Assembly (NCBI GenBank): GCA_964617525.1
Contig: CAZTWG010000011.1
Span: forward strand, 1-12,139
DNA: 12,139 bases
Reading direction: 5' to 3'
DNA from: an uncultured Gammaproteobacteria bacterium
GTDB lineage: Bacteria; Patescibacteriota; Patescibacteriia; UBA2591; UBA6264
Below the pieces are notes generated by a model, which did not search any database, was not told the DNA's origin, and saw only the letters and a list, made by a program, of their open reading frames with translations. A program made the position numbers and the translations under genes. Shown here one piece after another: positions 1-7,900 of the stretch. Every line of letters starts with the position of its first letter. The stretch's first letter is position 1.

Positions 1-19
1 AATTTATGCACTAAAAATA

Positions 20-48
20 TTTACATTTATTATACTTTATATTATAAT
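20..48 (+). promoter_or_regulatory. Putative sigma70-type promoter for the 55-2037 gene; implies a leaderless or near-leaderless mRNA
   Basis: TTTACA (20-25), 17-nt spacer, TATAAT (43-48). The ATG at 55 lies 7 nt after the -10 element. No Shine-Dalgarno sequence is present. Confidence 0.35.
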
Positions 49-54
49 AAATCT

Positions 55-2037
55 ATGAAAAAAGAACTTCAAATTGGACATTTTTGTTTTTCTAATCCCA
101 AGGAGACTAATAGTTATTCCTCTATTTATGTAACTGAACCCAGCGAAAAATTTTTAGAAAAATTTGGACGTTTGATAATTTTAGCTAATGTTAATTTTAC
201 AAGCAAAGCTACTCATCAAACTTTCGCTTGGGCCGAAGAATGGATAGAGAGGCTAACCAATTTAGCTAAAAATAGTTTTTACAACACTACTCAATCTTCT
301 AAAAGTTTAGAACAAAATTTAGAAAGTTTGTTGCAACAACTCAATATTTGGTTATCTCAAGAAAAAGTATCTCAACCAAAAATTTTTGAAGAAAGATTAG
401 AAAATTATGACTTAACTATTATTTTAATAAAAGATAGAGAAATTCAGTTTAGTAAAATTGGTGAAATTAGAGCTCATTTAATAGAAAATAATCATTTAGA
501 AGAATTAGAAGAAGACAAAAGACAAAGTAGAATTACTAAATTTACAAACATTGTTAGTGGAAACCTAGAAAAAGATAATATTCTATTCTTTGCCAACCGA
601 AATCTATTTGATTATTTTTCTAGAGAAAAAATAATCCAAATACTAAGTAATACCTCATTGGGGCAAATCAAATCAAAATTTAAAGGAATTTTAAGTGAAG
701 ATCTTAGTCATTTAAATATATTCGGGATAGCTATGACCTATCGTCCTGAAATAAATGGCGAAAAAGAAAAAGAACGTATTAAGAAAATAAAACCCATACA
801 ACAAGAAACAATTAAGAGAAATGAAAGATCTCTCGAAAAATTGATTGAAAAACCGATTATTCCCAAACCTCCAATCTCCGTAGCCAAAAAAACAAAATTA
901 CCACGCAAAAATTGGATTGCCAAAATTTTGTTAGTAGCTTTTATTGTTTGTGCTTTAATGTTTATAGTGAGTCTGTTTGTCTTGAGCCATAATCAAAAGG
1001 TAGAATTAGAAAAAAAGGAATTAACTGAGAAATTAACTGAATTAGAAAATAAAGAAGAACAATTAGCAATAGCAATGCTTTCTTCTGCTTCTGAAGCTCC
1101 AAAAGAAACTTACGAAATATTCGAAGAAATAGAATCTATCTTAGATAAATTACCACAAAAAACGGAAAAACAAAAAGAACTTTTCCAATTTCTATACTCT
1201 AAACATATACAAGAACTCAATAAATTTTACAAAATTACTGATATCACAAATCCTTCAGAACTAATTGACCTATCTTTGATTGATGAAAACGTTCAAACCC
1301 AAGGTTGCGTTAAAATTAATGACAATCTTTACGTCTTTAATCCTGAGAATAATTATATCTACGTAATTAATTTAAAAAACAAAAAAGCTGAAGTTATCAA
1401 TAAAACATCAGCTAACATTGGCTATTTAGAGAAAATATATCAATGGGACAACGATAATCTTATTGGTTATGATCAAAATCAAAATCTAGTTGGGTTTAAC
1501 ACTATTGACAATGAATTGTCGTTATTAACCTTAGCTACAAACTATCAATCAGACAAAATTGCAGATTTACAAATATACAATCGCCGGCTTTATATTCTTA
1601 GACCATCTATCAATAAAATCCACAAGTATCAAAAAGTAATAGATGGTTTTGGGAAAGAACAACCCTGGATACAAAACAAAGATATTAATGTTTCTGAAGG
1701 AATTAGTTTAACCATCGATGGAGCAATATATATTTTACAAAAAAATGGTCAGATATTAAAATTATACGAGGGTAAAACAGCAGATTTTAATTTAAGTGAA
1801 ATTAGGCCAAAATTATCTCTAGAAAAAACTGGGAAAATCTTTACTAATGACGAATTAGATAATCTATATATTTTAGATGAAGATACTCAAAGAATAATCG
1901 TTCTAAGTAAAACAGGAGAATTAATTCAACAGTTTATATCTGAAAACTTTAATGAACTTAAAGATTTTGCTGTAAGCGACAAAGAAGATAAAATATGGAT
2001 TCTAAATGGAACTAAAATTTTTGAAATAGAGATATAA
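55..2037 (+). CDS. Single-pass membrane protein: cytoplasmic degenerate PP2C/SpoIIE-like domain, TM helix, coiled coil, C-terminal six-blade beta-propeller (NHL/YncE-like repeats)
   Basis: 660-aa ORF ending in TAA. A hydrophobic helix IAKILLVAFIVCALMFIVSLFVLS lies near aa 288-311. An E/K/L-rich coiled-coil segment (KVELEKKELTEKLTELENKEEQL) follows. Six repeats of the type LYVFNPENNYIYVI / LYILRPSINKIHKY / IYILQKNGQILKLY / LYILDEDTQRIIVL / IWILNGTKIFEI occupy the C-terminal part. N-terminal segments (LTIILIKDREIQFSKIGEIRAHLI, DNILFFANRNLFDYF) resemble PP2C motifs, but the metal-binding Asp residues are not obvious. Confidence 0.85.
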   Translation: MKKELQIGHFCFSNPKETNSYSSIYVTEPSEKFLEKFGRLIILANVNFTSKATHQTFAWAEEWIERLTNLAKNSFYNTTQSSKSLEQNLESLLQQLNIWLSQEKVSQPKIFEERLENYDLTIILIKDREIQFSKIGEIRAHLIENNHLEELEEDKRQSRITKFTNIVSGNLEKDNILFFANRNLFDYFSREKIIQILSNTSLGQIKSKFKGILSEDLSHLNIFGIAMTYRPEINGEKEKERIKKIKPIQQETIKRNERSLEKLIEKPIIPKPPISVAKKTKLPRKNWIAKILLVAFIVCALMFIVSLFVLSHNQKVELEKKELTEKLTELENKEEQLAIAMLSSASEAPKETYEIFEEIESILDKLPQKTEKQKELFQFLYSKHIQELNKFYKITDITNPSELIDLSLIDENVQTQGCVKINDNLYVFNPENNYIYVINLKNKKAEVINKTSANIGYLEKIYQWDNDNLIGYDQNQNLVGFNTIDNELSLLTLATNYQSDKIADLQIYNRRLYILRPSINKIHKYQKVIDGFGKEQPWIQNKDINVSEGISLTIDGAIYILQKNGQILKLYEGKTADFNLSEIRPKLSLEKTGKIFTNDELDNLYILDEDTQRIIVLSKTGELIQQFISENFNELKDFAVSDKEDKIWILNGTKIFEIEI

Positions 2038-2073
2038 ATTATAGAACAAGATTAAACCTCATTATAATCATTG

Positions 2074-2120
2074 CAAAAAAAATCCAATGCCTTTAATCAG
2101 CATTGGATTTTCTTTTTTAT
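2074..2120. terminator. Bidirectional intrinsic terminator between the convergent 55-2037 gene and rplL
   Basis: Stem AATCCAATGC (2081-2090), 9-nt loop, GCATTGGATT (2100-2109). An A-run lies upstream and TTTCTTTTTTAT downstream, giving a U-tract in both orientations. Confidence 0.7.
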
Positions 2121-2134
2121 ATTTTTTGAAGATT

Positions 2135-2665
2135 CTATTTCAATGTAACCTTAGCTCCTGCTTCTTCCAAATCTTTCTTCATCTTTTCTGCCTCTTCTTT
2201 AGCAACTCCTTCTTTTAACATCTTTGGTGCCGCATCAACTAAATCTTTAGCTTCTTTTAGCCCAATTTGAACAAAAGTTCTAATAGCTTTAATTACACTA
2301 ATCTTATTACTCCCTGCCTCTGTAATTTCAACATCAAATGCGCTTTTCTCTTCTTGAGCTTCAGCATCGGCTCCACCTGCTACTGGCGCAGCTACAGCTA
2401 CTGGAGCCTGACTAGAAACGCCAAACTTTTCTTCCAAAATTTTTACTAATTCTGCTAAATCAATTACACTCATTTTTTCAATAGCGCCTACCAAGTCCTT
2501 AAATTTAGCTGGCACCTTAACGTCTTTCTTTACTTCTTTCTTTTCCTCAACCTTTACTTCTTTCTTTTCCTCAACCTTTACTTCTTTCTTGGGTTCTTCT
2601 TTCTCCTCTTGGGACGTTTCTTCTTTTGTTTCTTCTTTTTTTTCTTCTTTTTTTTCTTCAGTCAT
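2135..2665 (-). CDS. rplL: Ribosomal protein bL12 (L7/L12) with an unusual 50-aa Glu/Lys-rich N-terminal extension
   Basis: The C-terminal ~125 aa are canonical L7/L12: [19 protein letters not shown], an Ala/Pro/Val hinge, [52 protein letters not shown]. The gene lies 20 nt downstream of rplJ. An in-frame GTG at 2515 would give a normal-sized 126-aa protein. Confidence 0.9.
   Translation of the reverse strand: MTEEKKEEKKEETKEETSQEEKEEPKKEVKVEEKKEVKVEEKKEVKKDVKVPAKFKDLVGAIEKMSVIDLAELVKILEEKFGVSSQAPVAVAAPVAGGADAEAQEEKSAFDVEITEAGSNKISVIKAIRTFVQIGLKEAKDLVDAAPKMLKEGVAKEEAEKMKKDLEEAGAKVTLK
2528..2590 (-). repeat. 24-bp tandem repeat (about 2.6 copies) inside the rplL 5' extension, encoding (V)EEKKEVKV units
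   Basis: CTTTACTTCTTTCTTTTCCTCAAC occurs at 2528-2551 and 2552-2575. A 15-nt partial copy lies at 2576-2590. Confidence 0.85.
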
Positions 2666-2685
2666 AACTTTAAAAAATTAATGTT

Positions 2686-3201
2686 TTAATTATGAATACT
2701 TGATAAAATATATACTAAACCTTTCAAATTACCCTTAAGAACATAAGTTAAATTACTAATTGGAGCTTTAATTGTCCCCAATAATTTAGCTATTAATTCT
2801 TGTCTAGTAGGTAATTTAGATAATGCTTCTACGTATTCAGCATTTAAAAAATCTTCATTTAAAACTCCTCCCCTAACATTAAGAGCTTTATTTTTTTTAG
2901 CAAAATCAAAAGCTACTTTAATTGGCATAATCTCGTCGTCCAATGAATATGCTAGACCTAGTCCACCTTCAAGTTTGCTCAAATCAATGTGCCCTAACCC
3001 CATCTTTTCTAAAACGATATTAAGTAAAGTCTTCTTGGCAACAATATATTTACAAGACTTTTCTTTCAGTCTCTTCTTTAGCTCTTCTATTTCTTTAACC
3101 TTTAGACCATAATAGTCAACGAAAACTAAACTTTTAACGCCTTTTAATTCTTTTTCCAATTTATTAATAATTTTTTCTTTTTGTAGATGTGTTTTAGCCA
3201 T
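2686..3201 (-). CDS. rplJ: Ribosomal protein uL10
   Basis: 171-aa ORF with a typical L10 N-terminus (KEKIINKLEKELKGVKSLVFVDYYGLKVKEIEELKKRLKE...YIVAKKTLL). It lies immediately upstream of rplL in the conserved rplJL arrangement. Confidence 0.9.
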   Translation of the reverse strand: MAKTHLQKEKIINKLEKELKGVKSLVFVDYYGLKVKEIEELKKRLKEKSCKYIVAKKTLLNIVLEKMGLGHIDLSKLEGGLGLAYSLDDEIMPIKVAFDFAKKNKALNVRGGVLNEDFLNAEYVEALSKLPTRQELIAKLLGTIKAPISNLTYVLKGNLKGLVYILSSIHN

Positions 3202-3323
3202 AAATTTCTATTTATGTATTAAAAAAGCCTGCTGTCGCAGACTGATATATAACAAAATTTGTTCTGTCTGGGTAGGCATTTCATTAGAATGAAAATTTAA
3301 GTTTTACACCCACTGTCTACGAC
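3202..3323 (-). promoter_or_regulatory. Structured 5' leader of rplJ-rplL (L10-leader-like autoregulatory RNA candidate)
   Basis: 122-nt untranslated leader. Long-range helix GUCGUAGAC (3323-3315) pairs with GUCUGCGAC (3242-3234), 9 bp including one G.U. Internal hairpins are UUUCAU-UCUA-AUGAAA and AACAA-AUU-UUGUU, plus a UGGGUG/UACCCA pairing. The predicted transcription start coincides with the first base of the long-range helix. Confidence 0.45.
3221..3242 (-). terminator. Leader attenuator hairpin (intrinsic terminator) upstream of the rplJ start
   Basis: The minus strand reads GUCUGC-GACA-GCAGGC followed by UUUUUU (3226-3221). Its 5' arm is the same sequence used by the long-range leader helix, so the two structures are mutually exclusive. 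Confidence 0.45.
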
Positions 3324-3329
3324 AATAAT

Positions 3330-3358
3330 ATTATATATTATTCGTCTCTCAACGTCAA
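3330..3358 (-). promoter_or_regulatory. Putative sigma70-type promoter of the rplJ-rplL unit
   Basis: The minus strand reads TTGACG (3358-3353), 17-nt spacer, TATAAT (3335-3330). The predicted TSS is near 3323. Confidence 0.5.
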
Positions 3359-3393
3359 GAGATTTATCCACAAAACTTTTTGTTTTCTAGGCT

Positions 3394-3798
3394 TTAGCTT
3401 TGTTTTTTTGTCATTTTCCAATGAGTAAGATATAAAGGCAAACCTATTAGAACCATAGCTAAACTTGTTGAAGCGTCTCTATGTCTTTTGCTAGTAATGG
3501 GATCAACAGCATCACTTCTCTCTAGCCATGCCTCGTAAGATTTTATCATTGATTTAATCTGCATTTTTTCTTCTGTACTAATCTCCGAGAATTCTCCGTC
3601 GCTAATTTTTTGCAATGTTTCTATTTGATAAAGTGGTGGCCTTGAAAAATCTATTCGTTGCTGTTCATCAGCCTTAGTAAAAATAAACGCCCTTAATCCC
3701 ATATTTGCAAGACGAACTCCTCCAATTACTAAAAGCACTAAACCCAATAAACTGAAAATATATAAATAAATTGTCCTAACAGTACTATGTTTTTGCAT
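3394..3798 (-). CDS. Small two-TM membrane protein of unknown function
   Basis: 134-aa ORF. It has an N-terminal hydrophobic helix (IYLYIFSLLGLVLLVIGGV) and a C-terminal one (STSLAMVLIGLPLYL), with a charged middle region. It lies in an operon-like position downstream of pyrH. Confidence 0.7.
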   Translation of the reverse strand: MQKHSTVRTIYLYIFSLLGLVLLVIGGVRLANMGLRAFIFTKADEQQRIDFSRPPLYQIETLQKISDGEFSEISTEEKMQIKSMIKSYEAWLERSDAVDPITSKRHRDASTSLAMVLIGLPLYLTHWKMTKKQS

Positions 3799-3819
3799 AT
3801 TTTTAATATTTTAATTTTA

Positions 3820-4515
3820 TTAATTAATAATAGTGCCTTTAAATTTTTTATTATTTAAACAATTCTCTAAATTCTTAATATTCTTGCCGTTTAGAACAAC
3901 AACTTCCAGGCCTAGCTTCTTTGCCAATAAACTTGCTGGAGGACCAAAAGGCGTTGATTTACGAGGAGACCATTCCTTACCCACAATCTTAATAAAATCA
4001 GTCCAACTAACTTTTCCTAAAGGCTTAGCATTAGGATATTTGTCAGGATCTTTGTCATAGACAAAATCAATGTCGCTTAAGTTAAAGATAGTGCTAGCGT
4101 TCAAATTTTTTGCCCACAAAACAGCATCTTTGTCGCTAGAGCATCCTGGTTCCCATCCCGAAGCAATGATTAGCTTATATTTCGAGTTTACTCTGGTACC
4201 CGGATCATTTAATACTTCCGGATAAGCATAACTTCCAAAAATACATCTAATAAACTCAGCGTTTAATTTTGTAGTAGCAATGCCAAGCCAATCTAAATTT
4301 AAATTCTTTATTTTAGTAATTTTTTTAGCAGCAGTATTATACTTACGATTAGTCCCTCCTCCACCAGTTATAAGAACTATTCTATAACCCTTGCGTAAAA
4401 GTTTTAAAATCAACTCTCTAAATTTTTTCAAAAAACTTACACTAATAATATCATCAGGAATAATTAAAGAACCACCTAAAGAAAATATTAAAGTTTTTTT
4501 ATTATTTTTTAACAT
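3820..4515 (-). CDS. pyrH: Uridylate (UMP) kinase, archaeal-type amino-acid-kinase fold
   Basis: 231 aa. The motifs SLGGSLIIPD, LITGGGGTNRKY, GIATTKLNAEF, SGWEPGCSSDKDAVLWA and DIDFVYDKDPDKYPNAKP align colinearly from memory with Pyrococcus-type PyrH (IGGSVLVPE, VVGGGKLARKY, GGTHPGHTTDAVAALLA, VDGVYTADPKKDPTAK). Confidence 0.75.
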   Translation of the reverse strand: MLKNNKKTLIFSLGGSLIIPDDIISVSFLKKFRELILKLLRKGYRIVLITGGGGTNRKYNTAAKKITKIKNLNLDWLGIATTKLNAEFIRCIFGSYAYPEVLNDPGTRVNSKYKLIIASGWEPGCSSDKDAVLWAKNLNASTIFNLSDIDFVYDKDPDKYPNAKPLGKVSWTDFIKIVGKEWSPRKSTPFGPPASLLAKKLGLEVVVLNGKNIKNLENCLNNKKFKGTIIN

Positions 4516-4596
4516 AATTAAAATACATTAATTTATATACAATATTTTATTTAATTATAAGGTTCCTGAGCAAAGCGAAGGGTTCTTCTAATTAAA

Positions 4597-6333
4597 TTAC
4601 ATTTCCTCTAAAACATCAATCCCCAATAAATCAAGACCTGTTTTCAAAACTTGAGCTACAGCTTGCAATAAAACCAAGCGAGCCTCTCTTAATTTAGTTT
4701 TTGATTTCAAGATATGGGACTGATGATAAAACTCATTAAATTTATGCCCTAATTTTAATAAATAATGAGATACAATTGACGGATTATATTCATCAAAAGA
4801 CTGTTGGATAACATCCGGGAAAATAGACAAAAGTTTAACAAGACTTACCTCCGCAGAATTTCCTAAAAGAGAATAATCTATTTTCAAATTATCCACTTCA
4901 TTCCTCTCTTCTAAATTCTTTCTAATGATGCTTTTAATACGCGCATAAGTATATTGCAAATAAGGACCAGTATCTCCATCAAAAGAAAGAGAAGCTAGTG
5001 GGTCAAAATTAACCGTTTGGCTAGGTTTAAACTTGAGGAAAAAGAATTTTAAAGCAGCTTGAGCAATGCTTTGAGCGCGTTCAGAAACTTGAATAGGACT
5101 TAAATGAGTATTGCGTTTCAAAATCTCGGATCTAGCCAATTGCTCCATTTGCTTAATTACATCATCAATATCAGCGACAGATCCTTCCCTAGATTTCATT
5201 TTTCCTTTCGGCAAAAAAACCAAACCATAGGAAAAATGATAATACTTATCTGCTTTTTTAAAATCAAAAAGCTCTAATATTTTAAACAAAACTTTAAAAT
5301 AGTGATTTTGTTCAGAAGCCACGACATAAATAAATCTATCAAAATTAGAGGCGCCATAGAGTTTAGCTAACCCAATATCCTGAGTAATATAGACACTTGT
5401 TCCATCTGGCCTTAACAAAACTTTCTTCCCCAGGTTATATTTCTCTAAATCAATTTCTATAGCTCCATCCTTACGTCTATAGCACAATCCCCTTTTCAAT
5501 GCTTTCAAAATAACGTCTTTGCCTAAATTATAAACATCGCTTTCAAAATTTAATTCATCAAATTTAATCCCTATTTTCTTATATGTTTCCTCTAGTCCTT
5601 CTATTGCCCATTTGTTCATCTTCTGCCAAAGAGCCAGTATCTCTGGATCGCCTGCCTCCCATTTATTTAACATTTCCTGTGCTTCTTTTAAAAGATTGGG
5701 ATTATTTTTTTCCTTTTCCGCAAAAAGAACATAATAATTTCCTACAAAATGATCCCCTTTAATTTTTTCTGAATCTGGAGTTCGCCCTTCTCCCCATTTA
5801 TCATAAGCCAGCATTGATTTACAAATATGGATCCCCCTATCATTAATAAGATTAAACGCTGTAACTTTAAATCCTCCAGCCTTCAACAACTTGACCAAAG
5901 AATTCCCTAAAAGATTATTCCTGAGATGACCCAAGTGTTGAGGCTTGTTGGTGTTAGGAGCTGAATACTCAACCCCAATCTTCTGCCCCTGTCCAGAAGA
6001 ACTTTGCCCAAATTTATCTCCCTTTTCTAATATCTCTTCGCAGACAGAACTAAAAAATATTTCTTTGTCTACGAAAAAATTAACATAAGGACCAATATTT
6101 TCAACTTTTTTCAAAAAACTAATTTTAGCTTCTCGAAACTTTATGACTAAATCCGCAGCTATTTTTTCTGGAGATTCCTTAAAATATTTTGCTAACTGGA
6201 AACAAGAAAGGGTCAATTCCCCTCTTTCTGGCTGGGATGGCATTTCTAAATTAAAAATAAAATTAAAAGGTAAATCGCCAGTCATCCCATATAAAGAATC
6301 AGTAATTTTTTGTTTTATCTCCTTAATTTTCAC
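4597..6333 (-). CDS. argS: Arginine--tRNA ligase
   Basis: 578 aa. It carries the class I HIGH motif in ArgRS context (EYSAPNTNKPQHLGHLRNNLLGN). The C-terminal DALR anticodon-binding region ends ...GLDLLGIDVLEEM, with the terminal Met typical of ArgRS. Confidence 0.95.
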   Translation of the reverse strand: MKIKEIKQKITDSLYGMTGDLPFNFIFNLEMPSQPERGELTLSCFQLAKYFKESPEKIAADLVIKFREAKISFLKKVENIGPYVNFFVDKEIFFSSVCEEILEKGDKFGQSSSGQGQKIGVEYSAPNTNKPQHLGHLRNNLLGNSLVKLLKAGGFKVTAFNLINDRGIHICKSMLAYDKWGEGRTPDSEKIKGDHFVGNYYVLFAEKEKNNPNLLKEAQEMLNKWEAGDPEILALWQKMNKWAIEGLEETYKKIGIKFDELNFESDVYNLGKDVILKALKRGLCYRRKDGAIEIDLEKYNLGKKVLLRPDGTSVYITQDIGLAKLYGASNFDRFIYVVASEQNHYFKVLFKILELFDFKKADKYYHFSYGLVFLPKGKMKSREGSVADIDDVIKQMEQLARSEILKRNTHLSPIQVSERAQSIAQAALKFFFLKFKPSQTVNFDPLASLSFDGDTGPYLQYTYARIKSIIRKNLEERNEVDNLKIDYSLLGNSAEVSLVKLLSIFPDVIQQSFDEYNPSIVSHYLLKLGHKFNEFYHQSHILKSKTKLREARLVLLQAVAQVLKTGLDLLGIDVLEEM

Positions 6334-6341
6334 AAAAAAAT

Positions 6342-7007
6342 TTACTTTAATAATAATTCACCTAATTTTTTACCAAAATTTTCTGCTGCCATCGGACTAT
6401 TAGCTGTTACAATCAGACCGTCCACAACTACTAATTCATCAACATATTTAGCTTTTCCTTCTTTTAAAATTTTAATGGTTTCTTTATCCAAGGGACTAGA
6501 CCAAATCGTAGCTTCCTTGTTTTCCAAAACCCCTGCCCTGGATAAAATGGCTGGTGCTAAACAAATCGCCCCTAAAACCTTATTCTTTTCAATTGCTTCA
6601 TGAATAAATTGATGGACAGAATCGTCATTGATATAGTCAGATACTCCTGGACCACCGATAAAAACAACTGCTCCAAATCTATCTATTTCAATATCAGAAA
6701 AAGTCTTTTCTATATTTATTGATTGACCGAATTTACCAATTGCTTCTCCTGTTTGAGAGCTGATAGTTGTTGTCTTAATATTAAGATCTTCTAAAGTTTT
6801 TTTAGTGACTTGATATTCAATATCATTAAAGCCCTGAAAAGCAACTACCAAAACTGCCCGATGGTCAGGATTTGACTCTAAAAACATATTTTGTTCTTCA
6901 CTTTTCTCTTGGATGCTACAGGCTGTTAAAAAAATAGGCATTAAAAGAAAAATCATTAACCCCCCTAACCATTTTTTTTTCACCCAGTTAGAAATTTTTG
7001 TTTTCAT
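6342..7007 (-). CDS. DJ-1/PfpI-family protein with lipoprotein signal peptide (predicted exported and lipid-anchored)
   Basis: 221 aa. The N-terminus WLGGLMIFLLMPIFLTAC contains a lipobox-like L-T-A-C. The DJ-1/PfpI core has the nucleophile-elbow Cys in VLGAICLAPAIL, and FGAVVFIGGPG. Confidence 0.85.
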   Translation of the reverse strand: MKTKISNWVKKKWLGGLMIFLLMPIFLTACSIQEKSEEQNMFLESNPDHRAVLVVAFQGFNDIEYQVTKKTLEDLNIKTTTISSQTGEAIGKFGQSINIEKTFSDIEIDRFGAVVFIGGPGVSDYINDDSVHQFIHEAIEKNKVLGAICLAPAILSRAGVLENKEATIWSSPLDKETIKILKEGKAKYVDELVVVDGLIVTANSPMAAENFGKKLGELLLK

Positions 7008-7063
7008 ATGGCTTTATAGATATTTAATTTATACGAACGTCAATAGTGAATTTCTAGCGGAGT

Positions 7064-7873
7064 TCATGCTTTTACCTCGTCTAGGGGTAACTGTAAAAAA
7101 TCATCTTTAACCTTAACTATAACTATTTTTTTTAAAATACGATAACCTGTAACTTTGCCAGCTCCTTGCTTAGTCTTAACCTTGCTCCCTATAGGGGGTA
7201 ATTCCTTCAATATTTTACAATAAGCATCTTCTTCAAAAGACAAACAACACTTTAATCTTCCACACATCCCCGAAAGACGTTCAGGGCCTCTTTGAGAAAG
7301 ATTCTGATGAGATATCATATCAGTAGTAATATGTCCTAATTTTTTTAAAAAAGTCAAACAACATAAAGGACGACCACACGGACCAATATCCCCAGAGAAA
7401 CCTGTTTCCTGCCTAGCACCCACTTGATGCATTCTAATGGATTTATGAAACTTCTGAGCTAAATCTTTGACTAAGAGACGAAAATCAACTCGTCCAGGAG
7501 ACACAAAAGCAAAAGTAATCCGTCCTCCGTCAAAACTAAAAAGAGCATCAATAACCTTAATTTGAAGCTCTCCCTTTTTAGCTAAGTTCTCACAGACTTT
7601 AATAGCCTTTTTTTTGTCTTTATTTTTTTCTTCAAACTTCTTTAAATCGTCACTGCGAGCCTTTCTTAAAATTATAATTTCCTCTTCTGATTCTAAATCT
7701 CCTTTTTCTGTCACTTTAGTAATTAAGCCCAAATCATTTCCTGATTTAGTTTTAACAATAACCTTGTCCCCAGGAGAAAACATTTCCTTTTCTATTGGCC
7801 TTTTCCCTCTTAAAAAACGGGCAACATAGAGACCATCCCAAGAAACTAATTGTACAAAAATTACAACACTCAT
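7064..7873 (-). CDS. PSP1 C-terminal domain protein (YaaT/RicT-like)
   Basis: 269 aa. It contains the Cys clusters typical of the PSP1/YaaT family (GPCGRPLCCLTFL, MCGRLKCCLSFE). The N-terminal region resembles YaaT (VIVKTKSGNDLGLITKV). The stop codon is TGA. Confidence 0.85.
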   Translation of the reverse strand: MSVVIFVQLVSWDGLYVARFLRGKRPIEKEMFSPGDKVIVKTKSGNDLGLITKVTEKGDLESEEEIIILRKARSDDLKKFEEKNKDKKKAIKVCENLAKKGELQIKVIDALFSFDGGRITFAFVSPGRVDFRLLVKDLAQKFHKSIRMHQVGARQETGFSGDIGPCGRPLCCLTFLKKLGHITTDMISHQNLSQRGPERLSGMCGRLKCCLSFEEDAYCKILKELPPIGSKVKTKQGAGKVTGYRILKKIVIVKVKDDFLQLPLDEVKA

Positions 7874-7900
7874 GATTATTCAATTATTCTTAACCTAATC

